This document shows, in pieces, positions 46,589 through 57,183 of a stretch of DNA of 64,000 bases. A program made the position numbers and the translations under genes. The stretch spans positions 19,471-83,470 of the forward strand of contig CAMEBC010000007.1 of the NCBI GenBank assembly GCA_945912105.1, given 5' to 3'. The DNA comes from [Eubacterium] saphenum (GTDB lineage Bacteria > Bacillota > Clostridia > Lachnospirales > Anaerotignaceae). The notes beneath the pieces were generated by a model, which was given only the letters and a program-made list of their open reading frames with translations, was not told the origin of the DNA and did no database searches. Position 1 is the stretch's first letter; each line of letters begins with the position of its first letter.

Positions 46589-47828
46589 AAAGAAACTGGA
46601 ATTGCTGGCACCTGCCGGTGATCTGGAAAAACTGAAGATCGCTGTACTCTATGGTGCAGACGCAGTCTATATTGGCGGTGAGGCTTATGGTCTCAGAGCC
46701 AAAGCAAAAAACTTTGATATGGACACCATGGCAGAAGGGGTAAAATTTGCCCATGACCATGGCGTTAAGGTATATGTGACAGCCAATATTTTTGCCCATA
46801 ACCCCGATTTTGAAGGCATGGCGGAATATTTTAAGGCAGTGGAAGCCATCGGCGTGGATGCCCTCATTATTTCTGATTTAGGTGTATTCTCCGTTGCAAG
46901 GGAAGCTGTTCCCAATATGGAGATCCATGTTTCCACGCAGGCAAACAACACTAACTACAAATCCGCGCAAATGTGGTATCAGCTGGGTGCCAGACGTGTG
47001 GTGGTTGCCCGTGAGCTTTCTATGACAGAGATCAGACAGATCCGTGACAGCATCCCGGAAGATATGGAGATCGAAGCCTTTGTCCATGGTGCCATGTGTA
47101 TTTCCTATTCCGGCAGATGCCTGCTGAGCAACTATCTGGCAGGCAGAGATGCCAATAAAGGGGCTTGTGCCCACCCTTGCCGCTGGAAATATCATCTGGT
47201 GGAAGAAACCAGACCCGGCGAATATATGCCCATCGAAGAAAACGAAAGAGGAACTTATATTTATAACTCCAAAGACCTGTGTATGATCGAGCATATCCCC
47301 GATATCGACAAAGCGGGCATTTACAGCCTGAAGATTGAAGGCCGCATGAAAACACCCTTCTACGTTGGCACAGTGGTAAAAGCCTATCGTCAGGCCATTG
47401 ATGATTATTACGCAGACCCGAAGCGCTACGAAGAACGTCTGCCTTACTATCTGGCAGAGGTTTCCAAGGCAAGCCACAGAGAATACACTACTGCTTTTTA
47501 CTATGGCAAGCCTGACGGCAACCAGCAGGTATATACAAACAACTCCTATATCCGTGAATATGATTTCATCGGCATGGTGCAGGAAGATTGGGACGAAAAT
47601 ACAGGCTTCGCCGTTGTGGAACAGAGGAATAAATTCTCCGTTGGGGAAGAGATCGAAGTGATGCCTGCCAAAGGGGATTCCTTCTCCATGGTCGTTACGG
47701 AGATCTTCAATGAAGCAGGGGAACAGGTAGATTCCGCCCCCCATCCCCAGGAGATTTTGAAGGTAAAATTCGACAAACCTGTGAAAAAATTCGATATGCT
47801 CCGCAAAATTCCTACAGATACAAAATAA
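46575..47828 (+). CDS. Peptidase U32 family protein (YrrO/TrhP-like)
   Basis: ORF 46467..47828. ATG at 46575 follows a GAAGGAG RBS and overlaps the upstream gene by 14 nt. ELLAPAG and EAFVHGAMCISYSGRCLLS motifs. Confidence 0.8.
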   Translation: MMQNKKKLELLAPAGDLEKLKIAVLYGADAVYIGGEAYGLRAKAKNFDMDTMAEGVKFAHDHGVKVYVTANIFAHNPDFEGMAEYFKAVEAIGVDALIISDLGVFSVAREAVPNMEIHVSTQANNTNYKSAQMWYQLGARRVVVARELSMTEIRQIRDSIPEDMEIEAFVHGAMCISYSGRCLLSNYLAGRDANKGACAHPCRWKYHLVEETRPGEYMPIEENERGTYIYNSKDLCMIEHIPDIDKAGIYSLKIEGRMKTPFYVGTVVKAYRQAIDDYYADPKRYEERLPYYLAEVSKASHREYTTAFYYGKPDGNQQVYTNNSYIREYDFIGMVQEDWDENTGFAVVEQRNKFSVGEEIEVMPAKGDSFSMVVTEIFNEAGEQVDSAPHPQEILKVKFDKPVKKFDMLRKIPTDTK

Positions 47829-47893
47829 AAAACTTGATTTTCTGTCGAAATAAAGATATCCTAGAAGTATCCTAATGAAAGAATGGTAAAACT

Positions 47894-48319
47894 ATGGAAT
47901 TGACACAATGTATCAACTATTTGCTGACAACTTCACAGCATACGGTTTTCCAGTATCTAAGTGGAAAACTCTCCGAATATGATCTGACACCATCTCAGTA
48001 TGGTGTGCTGAGCTGTTTGTGGCAGAAAGAATTTGCAACACCAAAACAGATTTCCGAGATCCTTTGCCTGGAAACTTCTACAATTTCCGGTGTATTGGAC
48101 AGAATGCAGAAAAAAGGCCTTATCGACCGTGTGATCAATCGGGAGGACAGAAGAGAAGTTCGTGTCGTTCCAACGGAAAAGGGCAAGCAGCTGCAGGAGC
48201 CTATTACAAAGATCATTGATGAAGTAAATGAAGAAGTTTTGAAATGTTTTACAGAAGAGGAAGTTGCCGCATTGAAAAATGCATTGCGCGTCATTGCGGA
48301 TGGTAGCCATTTTAAATAA
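47894..48319 (+). CDS. MarR family transcriptional regulator
   Basis: 141 aa. Winged helix: LTPSQYGVLSCLW...TPKQISEILCLETSTISGVLDRMQKKGLIDR. Confidence 0.85.
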   Translation: MELTQCINYLLTTSQHTVFQYLSGKLSEYDLTPSQYGVLSCLWQKEFATPKQISEILCLETSTISGVLDRMQKKGLIDRVINREDRREVRVVPTEKGKQLQEPITKIIDEVNEEVLKCFTEEEVAALKNALRVIADGSHFK

Positions 48320-48403
48320 GAAGAGTTGAGCGGGCCTGGTTTCAGGTCTGCTTTCTTTTTTTGAAAGGAAAAGAAAAAGGGTATGTAGCAGGGCAGAGCC
48401 CTG

Positions 48404-49087
48404 TTATTCGTTTAAAGCGGCATTGAGTTTTTTCAATGCCTTTTTTTCGATGCGGGAAACGTAGGAACGGGAGATACCCAGCCTTTCCGCAATTTCCTGC
48501 TGGGTCAGTTCATCCAGATTCCAAAGGCCATAGCGCAGTGTGACTACGATCTGTTCCCGTTCCGAAAGTTTTTCCTGTATGGCTTTCAGCATCTTCTGGG
48601 ATTGCAGGGAAAGCTCCAGCTGGTCGGCAAAATCGGGAGTATCGCTGTTGATGACATCCAACATGACGATCTCGTTGCCGTCTCGGTCTGTGCCGATGGG
48701 CTCATGGAGGGAAATATCATTTTGGAATTTTTTCGAAAGCCGCAAAGACATCAAAATTTCATTTTCGATACAACGAGAAGCATACGTAGCCAAGCGTATG
48801 CTTTTTTCATTGTCATAAGATAGGATCGCTTTGATCAGCCCAACGATACCGATAGAGATCAGTTCTTCTGAATCTCTTTGAATATTGTTGTATTTTTTGG
48901 CGATGTGGGCGACCAATCGCAGATTGTGTAAGATCAATTCCTGTTTAGCGGCTTCCTTCTCTTTTTCGGTGCCATTTTTGAATTGCAGAAGGAAGCGCTG
49001 CTCCTCTTCCTTGGACAGTGGTTTTGGAAAAGAGCCCGAGGAAGAAAAAGCACAGCAGCAGGGGATACATAGCAGAAACAGGAGCAC
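48404..49087 (-). CDS. sigK: Sporulation sigma factor SigK (pro-sigma-K), uninterrupted
   Basis: ORF 48404..49096. GTG at 49087 lies 8 nt after GGAGG. Hydrophobic pro-sequence, then FPKPLSKEEE, HNLRLVAHIAKK, RCIENEILM and GISRSYVSRIEKKAL, matching B. subtilis SigK better than SigE. Confidence 0.8.
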   Translation of the reverse strand: MLLFLLCIPCCCAFSSSGSFPKPLSKEEEQRFLLQFKNGTEKEKEAAKQELILHNLRLVAHIAKKYNNIQRDSEELISIGIVGLIKAILSYDNEKSIRLATYASRCIENEILMSLRLSKKFQNDISLHEPIGTDRDGNEIVMLDVINSDTPDFADQLELSLQSQKMLKAIQEKLSEREQIVVTLRYGLWNLDELTQQEIAERLGISRSYVSRIEKKALKKLNAALNE

Positions 49088-49187
49088 GGAGCACACCTCC
49101 GATCAAGGGGATATTCTATTTTATGGGAAAGATGTGCTGTCTGTGCGTGTCTGAATGAAAGATTTTGTGTCCAAAATCCTTGGGGGG

Positions 49188-49194
49188 TGTCGAA
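49188..49194 (+). promoter_or_regulatory. Spo0A-box-like heptamer TGTCGAA upstream of spoIIAA
   Basis: Exact match to the 0A-box core, ~80 nt upstream of the spoIIAA start. Single site only. Confidence 0.3.
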
Positions 49195-49273
49195 GAAGGC
49201 AGGAAGTTGCGGTGAAAAGAGACAAAAAACAGGTATTCCATCAGGTATTATTTGAGAAAAGGAGGAATTTTTT

Positions 49274-49633
49274 ATGGAATTGAAATTCAAACGAAAAAAT
49301 AAAACACTCATCATACAAATATCCGGGGAGATCGACCATCATACCGCTGCAGAACTGCGCCGCCAGACGGAAAGTGCATTTGAACAAATGGGCGGGCGAA
49401 ATATCATCTTCGGCTTTCAGGAAGTGACCTTCATGGATAGCTCCGGTATCGGCGTAATGATCGGGAGATACAAACAAATCCAGTCTCTGGGCGGGCGCAT
49501 TGCCATTGCCTGCCCCAATGAAAAAATAGAGGAGATCATCCGCCTTTCGGGGCTTTCCCGCTTACTGCCATCCTTCCCGACCCTAAAGGAAGCCATTGCC
49601 TATGCAGAAGGGAGGGAAAGTGATGCAGTTTGA
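49274..49633 (+). CDS. spoIIAA: Anti-sigma-F factor antagonist SpoIIAA (STAS domain)
   Basis: 119 aa. ISGEIDHHTA and the phosphorylatable FMDSSGIGV motif. First gene of a spoIIAA-AB-sigF arrangement. Confidence 0.85.
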   Translation: MELKFKRKNKTLIIQISGEIDHHTAAELRRQTESAFEQMGGRNIIFGFQEVTFMDSSGIGVMIGRYKQIQSLGGRIAIACPNEKIEEIIRLSGLSRLLPSFPTLKEAIAYAEGRESDAV

Positions 49634-50051
49634 TAACGAAGCCCGTGTTTTTTTCAGCGCAAAATCGGAAAATGAAAGCTTTGCCCGTTTGTTTGCCGCA
49701 GGCTTTCTGACACAATTAGACCCCACCATTTCCGAACTAACGGATGTAAAAACGGCTGTTTCCGAAGCAGTTACCAACGCTATCATCCATGGATATGAGA
49801 ATGATATAGGCATGGTGGAGCTGTTCTGCGGCTATGTGGGAAAACATATTTACATAGAGGTGGCAGATACAGGAAAGGGGATTGAAAACGTAGAACAGGC
49901 ACGAGAGCCCCTTTACACCTCCAAGCCCGAGATGGAACGTTCCGGCATGGGCTTTACTATTATGGAAACCTTCATGGAAAATGTTCGCATCGAAAGCAGG
50001 GTAGGCGAAGGTACTCGTATCTTTATGGAAAAAAACCTTGCAAAGGAGTGA
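49623..50051 (+). CDS. spoIIAB: Anti-sigma-F factor SpoIIAB (serine kinase)
   Basis: ATG at 49623 follows a GGGAGGG RBS and overlaps spoIIAA by 11 nt. GHKL ATPase motifs EAVTNAIIHG, DTGKGI, SGMGFT. Confidence 0.85.
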   Translation: MQFDNEARVFFSAKSENESFARLFAAGFLTQLDPTISELTDVKTAVSEAVTNAIIHGYENDIGMVELFCGYVGKHIYIEVADTGKGIENVEQAREPLYTSKPEMERSGMGFTIMETFMENVRIESRVGEGTRIFMEKNLAKE

Positions 50052-50055
50052 TTCC

Positions 50056-50769
50056 ATGGAGCATATCTATGAGTGCATCAGAAGGGCTCAGGCAGGGGAT
50101 GCAGCTGCCAAAGACCAATTGCTGCAGGAAAATTCCGGCCTCATCTGGAGCGTTGTACGGCGTTTTAATGGGCGTGGGGAGCAGGAGGACTTATATCAGA
50201 TCGGCGCCATCGGGCTTTTAAAATGCATCGAAAAATTTGACATCAGCTATGACGTAAAATTTTCCACATACGCAGTTCCTATGATCATGGGTGAGATCAA
50301 ACGGTTTCTCAGAGATGATGGGACGGTGAAGGTCAGCCGTAGCCTGAAGGAACTTTCTTATCGTGCGAAAAGACTGCAGGAAAAAGTATTAAAAGAGGAA
50401 AATAAGGAATTGACTCTGCAGGAAATGGCAAACCTATTGGAAGTGGAAAAAGAAGAACTGCTCTTGGCATTGGAATCGGGACGAGAGGTGGAAAGTCTCT
50501 ATGCTTCCCAGGCAGGAAGCGGCGGAGATACGCCGCTGCAGCTGATCGATAAACTGGCGGATACCAGCGAAAATGATAAAATGATGGAGAGGCTTTCGTT
50601 GATGGAAGCACTGGAACATTTAGATGCGAAAGAAAGACAGATCATCACCATGCGATATTTTCAGGACAGGACGCAATCGGATGTGGCAAAGTGTATCGGC
50701 ATCTCTCAGGTACAGGTCTCCCGAATCGAAAAACGGGTGTTGTCCCAAATGCGGGAAGCATTGGAATAA
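50056..50769 (+). CDS. sigF: Sporulation sigma factor SigF
   Basis: ATG at 50056 follows an AAGGAG RBS. Sigma-70 regions 2-4 (DLYQIGAIGLLKCIEKFD, YAVPMIMGEIKRFLRDD, GISQVQVSRIEKR). Operon context. Confidence 0.85.
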   Translation: MEHIYECIRRAQAGDAAAKDQLLQENSGLIWSVVRRFNGRGEQEDLYQIGAIGLLKCIEKFDISYDVKFSTYAVPMIMGEIKRFLRDDGTVKVSRSLKELSYRAKRLQEKVLKEENKELTLQEMANLLEVEKEELLLALESGREVESLYASQAGSGGDTPLQLIDKLADTSENDKMMERLSLMEALEHLDAKERQIITMRYFQDRTQSDVAKCIGISQVQVSRIEKRVLSQMREALE

Positions 50770-50770
50770 A

Positions 50771-50802
50771 AAAGACAGGATTTATCCTGTCTTTCGTTTT
50801 TA
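50771..50802 (+). terminator. Rho-independent terminator of the spoIIA operon
   Basis: AAGACAGGA-tttA-TCCTGTCTT followed by a T-rich tract. Confidence 0.7.
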
Positions 50803-51171
50803 TAGCTTTCTGCCGCATTTGGGGCAATATTCATATTCGGGAGTCAAAAGAAACCCACAGTCGGGGCAGTTGTTGGTACTGCTGCTGTCCATCCCAACGA
50901 TAGTCAAATCTTCTTCCCGCAGGGTCACGGCTTCTCCCCGTTCGATAGAGCGTCCCATCTCCTGATCGATGGCATAGACGGTATTGCAGCAATTGGAAAC
51001 AGCGTAATACTTTTTGCCCCACTTGAAAAGAGGGATGAAGAAGAAACTGAAATAGGTATAAACCATAAAAACAGAAATACTGCTGTAACGTCCGCATTTT
51101 TTGCAGATCATCGTCTGGCGAAAGAAATCAAAGTCTTTTCTCCCTTGGGCGATCCCGCCAATAAATATCAT
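50800..51171 (-). CDS. Zinc-ribbon domain membrane protein
   Basis: 123 aa. CKKCG...(TM helix)...CPDCG...CPKCG. Confidence 0.6.
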   Translation of the reverse strand: MIFIGGIAQGRKDFDFFRQTMICKKCGRYSSISVFMVYTYFSFFFIPLFKWGKKYYAVSNCCNTVYAIDQEMGRSIERGEAVTLREEDLTIVGMDSSSTNNCPDCGFLLTPEYEYCPKCGRKL

Positions 51172-51209
51172 AAAAACACATCCTTAACATGAAAATTTTG
51201 CGAATTCAT

Positions 51210-51238
51210 TTTACAACTACTGGTTAACATGATAAAAT
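51210..51238 (+). promoter_or_regulatory. Sigma-A-type promoter (TTTACA-17 nt-TAAAAT) for the 33-codon ORF
   Basis: -35 at 51210-15 and -10 at 51233-38. Confidence 0.4.
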
Positions 51239-51281
51239 AATTCCAAGTGAAAAGCAACTATTTTCTGGAGGAGGGGAGAAC

Positions 51282-51383
51282 ATGAAAGTATCTCGTTTGG
51301 TTGTAAGCGCAGTGTCTCTGGCAGTTTCCGCAGCTCTGCTGACTCTGAGCATCATCGATTTGATCCACATCGATGAATATTGA
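51282..51383 (+). CDS. Small hydrophobic peptide (33 aa), below the ORF-track cutoff
   Basis: ATG follows a very strong GGAGGAGGGGAG RBS. Product MKVSRLVVSAVSLAVSAALLTLSIIDLIHIDEY. Has its own promoter and a downstream long imperfect hairpin (~51440-51490). Confidence 0.5.
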   Translation: MKVSRLVVSAVSLAVSAALLTLSIIDLIHIDEY

Positions 51384-51616
51384 GTTTGAATAAAAAATGA
51401 AAAACAGGAAAAACTGTTAGTAGTTATTCCGGAAAATCCAAGTGTTTGGCGGGAGAAAAGCAGCAATTTGCATCTATTTCTTTCGCCAAAACTTTTATTT
51501 AGGTACGCTTTATGTACTTTTTCGGAAAATAGGCAGTTTTTTCTATTTTTTTGTTGTGAAAATAATATTTTGTGGTATACTATGGGTGATAGGACGTTTT
51601 TGATGCCGATAGATAA

Positions 51617-52669
<1,053 letters not shown>

Positions 52670-52770
52670 TTAGAAGTTTCGCATAAAAAGGCTTTCGAAG
52701 ATGATATTCAATGAAACTGCTTGCAGGAGCAGGGAAATGGATCGGACGAAAGCAGCTAGCGAGAAAATAT

Positions 52771-52806
52771 AGCCTTAGATTCTACGAGTCTAAGGCTTAT
52801 TTTATG
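52771..52806 (+). terminator. Rho-independent terminator of gapA
   Basis: AGCCTTAGA pairs with TCTAAGGCT, followed by a T-rich tract. Same arms as the pfk terminator. Confidence 0.65.
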
Positions 52807-53005
52807 TTATTAAAAAGTCAAGCAGAAAAATAGGACAAAATCTGTCCCACTTTTTTGTCCAGAATCACGAAAGGGACGTTTTTCGTCCCACAGAAATGAC
52901 CAGTTTGTATAAATCCAGTCGCATTTCTCCAATCTTTTCCTGTGTAGACTTCTGAAAAATGATAAATTGCAAATTTCGCGGTTTTTTTTCCTTTTGTTGT
53001 GGTAA

Positions 53006-54085
<1,080 letters not shown>

Positions 54086-54097
54086 TTAACGCAATAT

Positions 54098-54296
54098 AAA
54101 AAAGAGTCCGCAATGGCGCATCCTTAGAAAAAAACATGAAAAGGGGATGAATCCTTATATTTTAAGGATTTATCCCTTCATTCTTTTTCAATGTTTATTT
54201 TCTTCTAAGAAATGTCGCTCGCAGTTCCACTTAAGAAATCAACAAATCATAAAATCAATGTTTTCTTAAGCGGAACTACATAAGGACTCTTTTTTT
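54098..54296 (+). repeat. Copy 2 of the ~200-nt structured module
   Basis: P1 AAAAAGAGTCC (54099-54109) / GGACTCTTTTT (54284-54294) within a T7 run ending at 54296. P2, the inner hairpin (54141-54178) and P3 (54223-38/54261-76) sit in the same order as in 35121-35318. The 3' half is ~87% identical by eye. Confidence 0.7.
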
Positions 54297-54385
54297 GTTG
54301 GAAGGGCGAATGGGAAACTATTTTCACCGCACAAGCGATAAAAAGAGCCATCGTTCCTTTTGTGGATCAAGGCTCTTTCTTGTAT

Positions 54386-54751
54386 TCAAATCATTTTCGC
54401 CAAAGAATGTCCGATGAAAATACCGACCAGACAGCTAAGCACACTCAGCAGAATATAAAAGATACCTGCAAAGGTCTGTCCGCCTTCCAGAAGCTGAAAG
54501 GCTTCCAAAGAAAAAGTAGAGAAGGTGGTAAAGCCACCGCAAAGACCAGTTTTCCAGAACAGCATCGTGTGACTGGAAATCTTTTTTCCATTCAACACCA
54601 TGCCAGCCAGAAAACCAATAAGCAAGGCACCCAAAATATTGGTCACCAGTGTTAAAAGCGGAAAGGAGATGCGGCAGGGCATCAAACTGATCAAATAGCG
54701 CAGCAGAGCACCAATGCCGCCGCCCAGCATTACAAAAATTCCGTTCATCAT
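54386..54751 (-). CDS. crcB: Fluoride efflux channel CrcB/FluC
   Basis: ORF 54386..54772. ATG at 54751 lies 10 nt after the response-regulator stop. GGGIGALLRY and GLCGGFTTFSTFS motifs. Confidence 0.85.
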   Translation of the reverse strand: MMNGIFVMLGGGIGALLRYLISLMPCRISFPLLTLVTNILGALLIGFLAGMVLNGKKISSHTMLFWKTGLCGGFTTFSTFSLEAFQLLEGGQTFAGIFYILLSVLSCLVGIFIGHSLAKMI

Positions 54752-54761
54752 ATCAATATCC

Positions 54762-55463
54762 TCAAGGTTCATCGATCATACGGTAGCCAATGCCAACTTC
54801 TGTAAAAATATATTCAGGAGAAGCAGGATTTTTTTCCAGTTTTCTGCGGATATTTGCCATATTTACCCGAAGGATCTGATTATCCTTGACCGCATAGGGA
54901 CCCCACAGTTCTGTAATGATAAAATCATATGTAAGAACACGACCGGCACTTTTCGCCAACAAAGATACGATCTTGAATTCAATCTGCGTCAGATGAACTT
55001 CTTTGCCATCTACTGTTACCTGGCGTTTTCCAAAGTCAATGGTCAGGCCTTTTGTAGAAAAGACATCACTGGTGGGGGCACCGTTGTTATTTTTTGCGCT
55101 ATGGCGCAAAGCTGTACGGATACGTGCCAATAATTCAGATGTACCAAAAGGTTTGCAAATATAGTCATCTGCGCCCAGATCCAATGCCTCTACCTTATCA
55201 GATTCTTCCCCACGGGCAGAAACTACGATCACAGGAACAGACGACCATTCTCTGATTTTTTTCAGGATCTCCATGCCATCCATATCCGGCAGACCCAAAT
55301 CCAGCAGGATCAGATCCGGACAATGGGATGGGATCATAGAAAGGGCTTCACTGGCTGTTTTTGCCACCAGAGGCGCATATGTATTGGCTTTTAATGTCGT
55401 TGCAATGAAGTTACAGATGGCATCTTCATCTTCGATGATCATTACTTTGATTTTATTCGGCAT
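54762..55463 (-). CDS. OmpR-family response regulator, KdpE-like
   Basis: 233 aa. DLILLDLGLPDMDG and SARGEESDKVEALDLGADDYICKPF closely follow the KdpE pattern. Winged-helix C-domain. Confidence 0.8.
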   Translation of the reverse strand: MPNKIKVMIIEDEDAICNFIATTLKANTYAPLVAKTASEALSMIPSHCPDLILLDLGLPDMDGMEILKKIREWSSVPVIVVSARGEESDKVEALDLGADDYICKPFGTSELLARIRTALRHSAKNNNGAPTSDVFSTKGLTIDFGKRQVTVDGKEVHLTQIEFKIVSLLAKSAGRVLTYDFIITELWGPYAVKDNQILRVNMANIRRKLEKNPASPEYIFTEVGIGYRMIDEP

Positions 55464-57012
55464 ATTCTTTGCCTCCTTTCATGGGCAGTACAAAGGAAAA
55501 GCTTGCACCGCCATCCAAATTATTTTTCACAAAAATATTGCCGTCATGGGCTAAAATAATCGATTTGCAGATAGAAAGACCGATACCGATGCCACGGGTG
55601 GAATCGCTAGACCCTTTTTGTGGGTTCCCATCAAAAATATCAGGAATACGGGAAGGATCGATCCCTTTGCCATGATCTGAAATGGTAAAGACGGCACCGC
55701 TTTTTTTCTTAGAAACCTTTAGACTGATGGGCAGGGTGCTGCCGGAATGGCGAATGGCATTTTCCATCAGATTGATCAATACTTGTTCGATCAAAGTTGC
55801 ATCCATAGGCACCAGCAGTACTTCCTCAGGCACTTCGACATTGATACAGGAACCGGGGAAACGCTTGCGAATACGGGAAACCGCTTCGCTGACGACTTCT
55901 TCTATGATCTCTTCCTGTTTTTTCAAGGTTGCTGTACCGCCGCTGATCCTTGTGACAGAAAGCAGATTTTCCACCATATGGACCAACCATTCCGCATCAT
56001 GCTGGATATCTGTCAGCATTTTTCTGCTTGTTTCTTCGCCAATTTCGTCGCCATTTTCCAGCAACGTTGTAGCAGAACCAATAATGCCGGTCAGTGGAGT
56101 GCGCAGATCGTGGGAAACAGCCCGAAGCAGATTGCTTCGCATTTTTTCTTTTTCTGTTTCCAAAAGGATTTTCTGTGCCTTTTCATTTGCCTGCTGCTTT
56201 TCCAGAGCTAAAATAGTCTGAGAGATCATGACATTGATAAAACTGAATGTATCATCGAGAAGCAGCTTGGTATCATCAAAGATAAGCCCGACTACGCCGT
56301 ATTTTTTTTCTTCTGTGGCAATGGGGAAGTAAGTTCCCTTACAGTTCCGTGTGGCATTTTCAATCTCCGCACCAACGGGGCGACATTCTTCAAAAGCTCT
56401 GCAAGCGACCTGTTTTTCCAAAATACTGGAGAAGAACTGCTCATCTTTCTCATTGGAAGCCCGTACCACATGCTTGATATCCTCCATAGGAGAACCGAGA
56501 TAGAGCACGACACTGCATTGGTTTGCCTCATGGAAGGAATCCGCTGCCATACCGATGATGGTATCTACATCTACAGCCGTTAGAATAGCTGTACTCATTT
56601 CGTTCAATGTTTCCGCTCTTTTTTTGCCTGTGGCAGAAATAGCCGCCGCTTTTTTTACCTTTGCTGTCAAAGCACTGACCAGAACAGACATCAAAAGCAT
56701 GATGGAAAATGTGATGGGGTAGCCGGTGATGGTAAAGTTCAGGGCAAAATAAGGGAAGGTAAAGAAGAAGTTTACCCCAATAACACCGCCGATAGAAGCC
56801 AAGATCCCCCATAGATAACCACTGGTCATAAAAGAGATCAGAGCAACCCCCAACATATATACGCCAAAAATATTGTCATTCATGACAGATGCCTGATTCA
56901 GCAAAAGGGCAAAGCAGGTGGCGATCATATATACAAGAAGCGTCCGGGTAAAATCCAGAAACAATGCCAAACTATCAAAATTGTTTAAGAATCTTTTAAT
57001 ACGTTTTTTCAT
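55453..57012 (-). CDS. Sensor histidine kinase, KdpD C-terminal type (DUF4118 membrane domain plus HisKA/HATPase), lacking the N-terminal KdpD/Usp sensor domains
   Basis: 519 aa. Four TM segments with a GVNFFFTFPYFAL-type DUF4118 signature, H-box AVSHDLRTPLT, N/G boxes. Overlaps the response-regulator gene by 11 nt. Confidence 0.8.
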   Translation of the reverse strand: MKKRIKRFLNNFDSLALFLDFTRTLLVYMIATCFALLLNQASVMNDNIFGVYMLGVALISFMTSGYLWGILASIGGVIGVNFFFTFPYFALNFTITGYPITFSIMLLMSVLVSALTAKVKKAAAISATGKKRAETLNEMSTAILTAVDVDTIIGMAADSFHEANQCSVVLYLGSPMEDIKHVVRASNEKDEQFFSSILEKQVACRAFEECRPVGAEIENATRNCKGTYFPIATEEKKYGVVGLIFDDTKLLLDDTFSFINVMISQTILALEKQQANEKAQKILLETEKEKMRSNLLRAVSHDLRTPLTGIIGSATTLLENGDEIGEETSRKMLTDIQHDAEWLVHMVENLLSVTRISGGTATLKKQEEIIEEVVSEAVSRIRKRFPGSCINVEVPEEVLLVPMDATLIEQVLINLMENAIRHSGSTLPISLKVSKKKSGAVFTISDHGKGIDPSRIPDIFDGNPQKGSSDSTRGIGIGLSICKSIILAHDGNIFVKNNLDGGASFSFVLPMKGGKEYAE

Positions 57013-57154
57013 AGGTATTCTCCCAATCTGTATGAAAAGTTATTAAGATATTATACAACATATTACAGAGAAAAGGAATGAAGAAGTTCTAAAGATTGCA
57101 TCAGGCAGCATGGAAAATTCCGACGAAATAAGATGAAAAAGAGAAAATGCTGCA

Positions 57155-57183
57155 TTGCAAAGGCTTTTATAGTTTGTTATAAT
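57155..57183 (+). promoter_or_regulatory. Sigma-A-type promoter (TTGCAA-17 nt-TGtTATAAT)
   Basis: -35 at 57155-60 and -10 at 57178-83. Flanked by AATGCTGCA repeats. Confidence 0.45.

Noticed and set aside
48404-49096. Possible skin-like interruption or split of sigK.
   Set aside because: The ORF is continuous from the pro-sequence through region 4.2 (GISRSYVSRIEKKAL), and no recombinase gene is nearby.
54752-54772. Fluoride riboswitch in front of crcB.
   Set aside because: crcB starts 10 nt after the response-regulator stop codon, which leaves no room for an aptamer.
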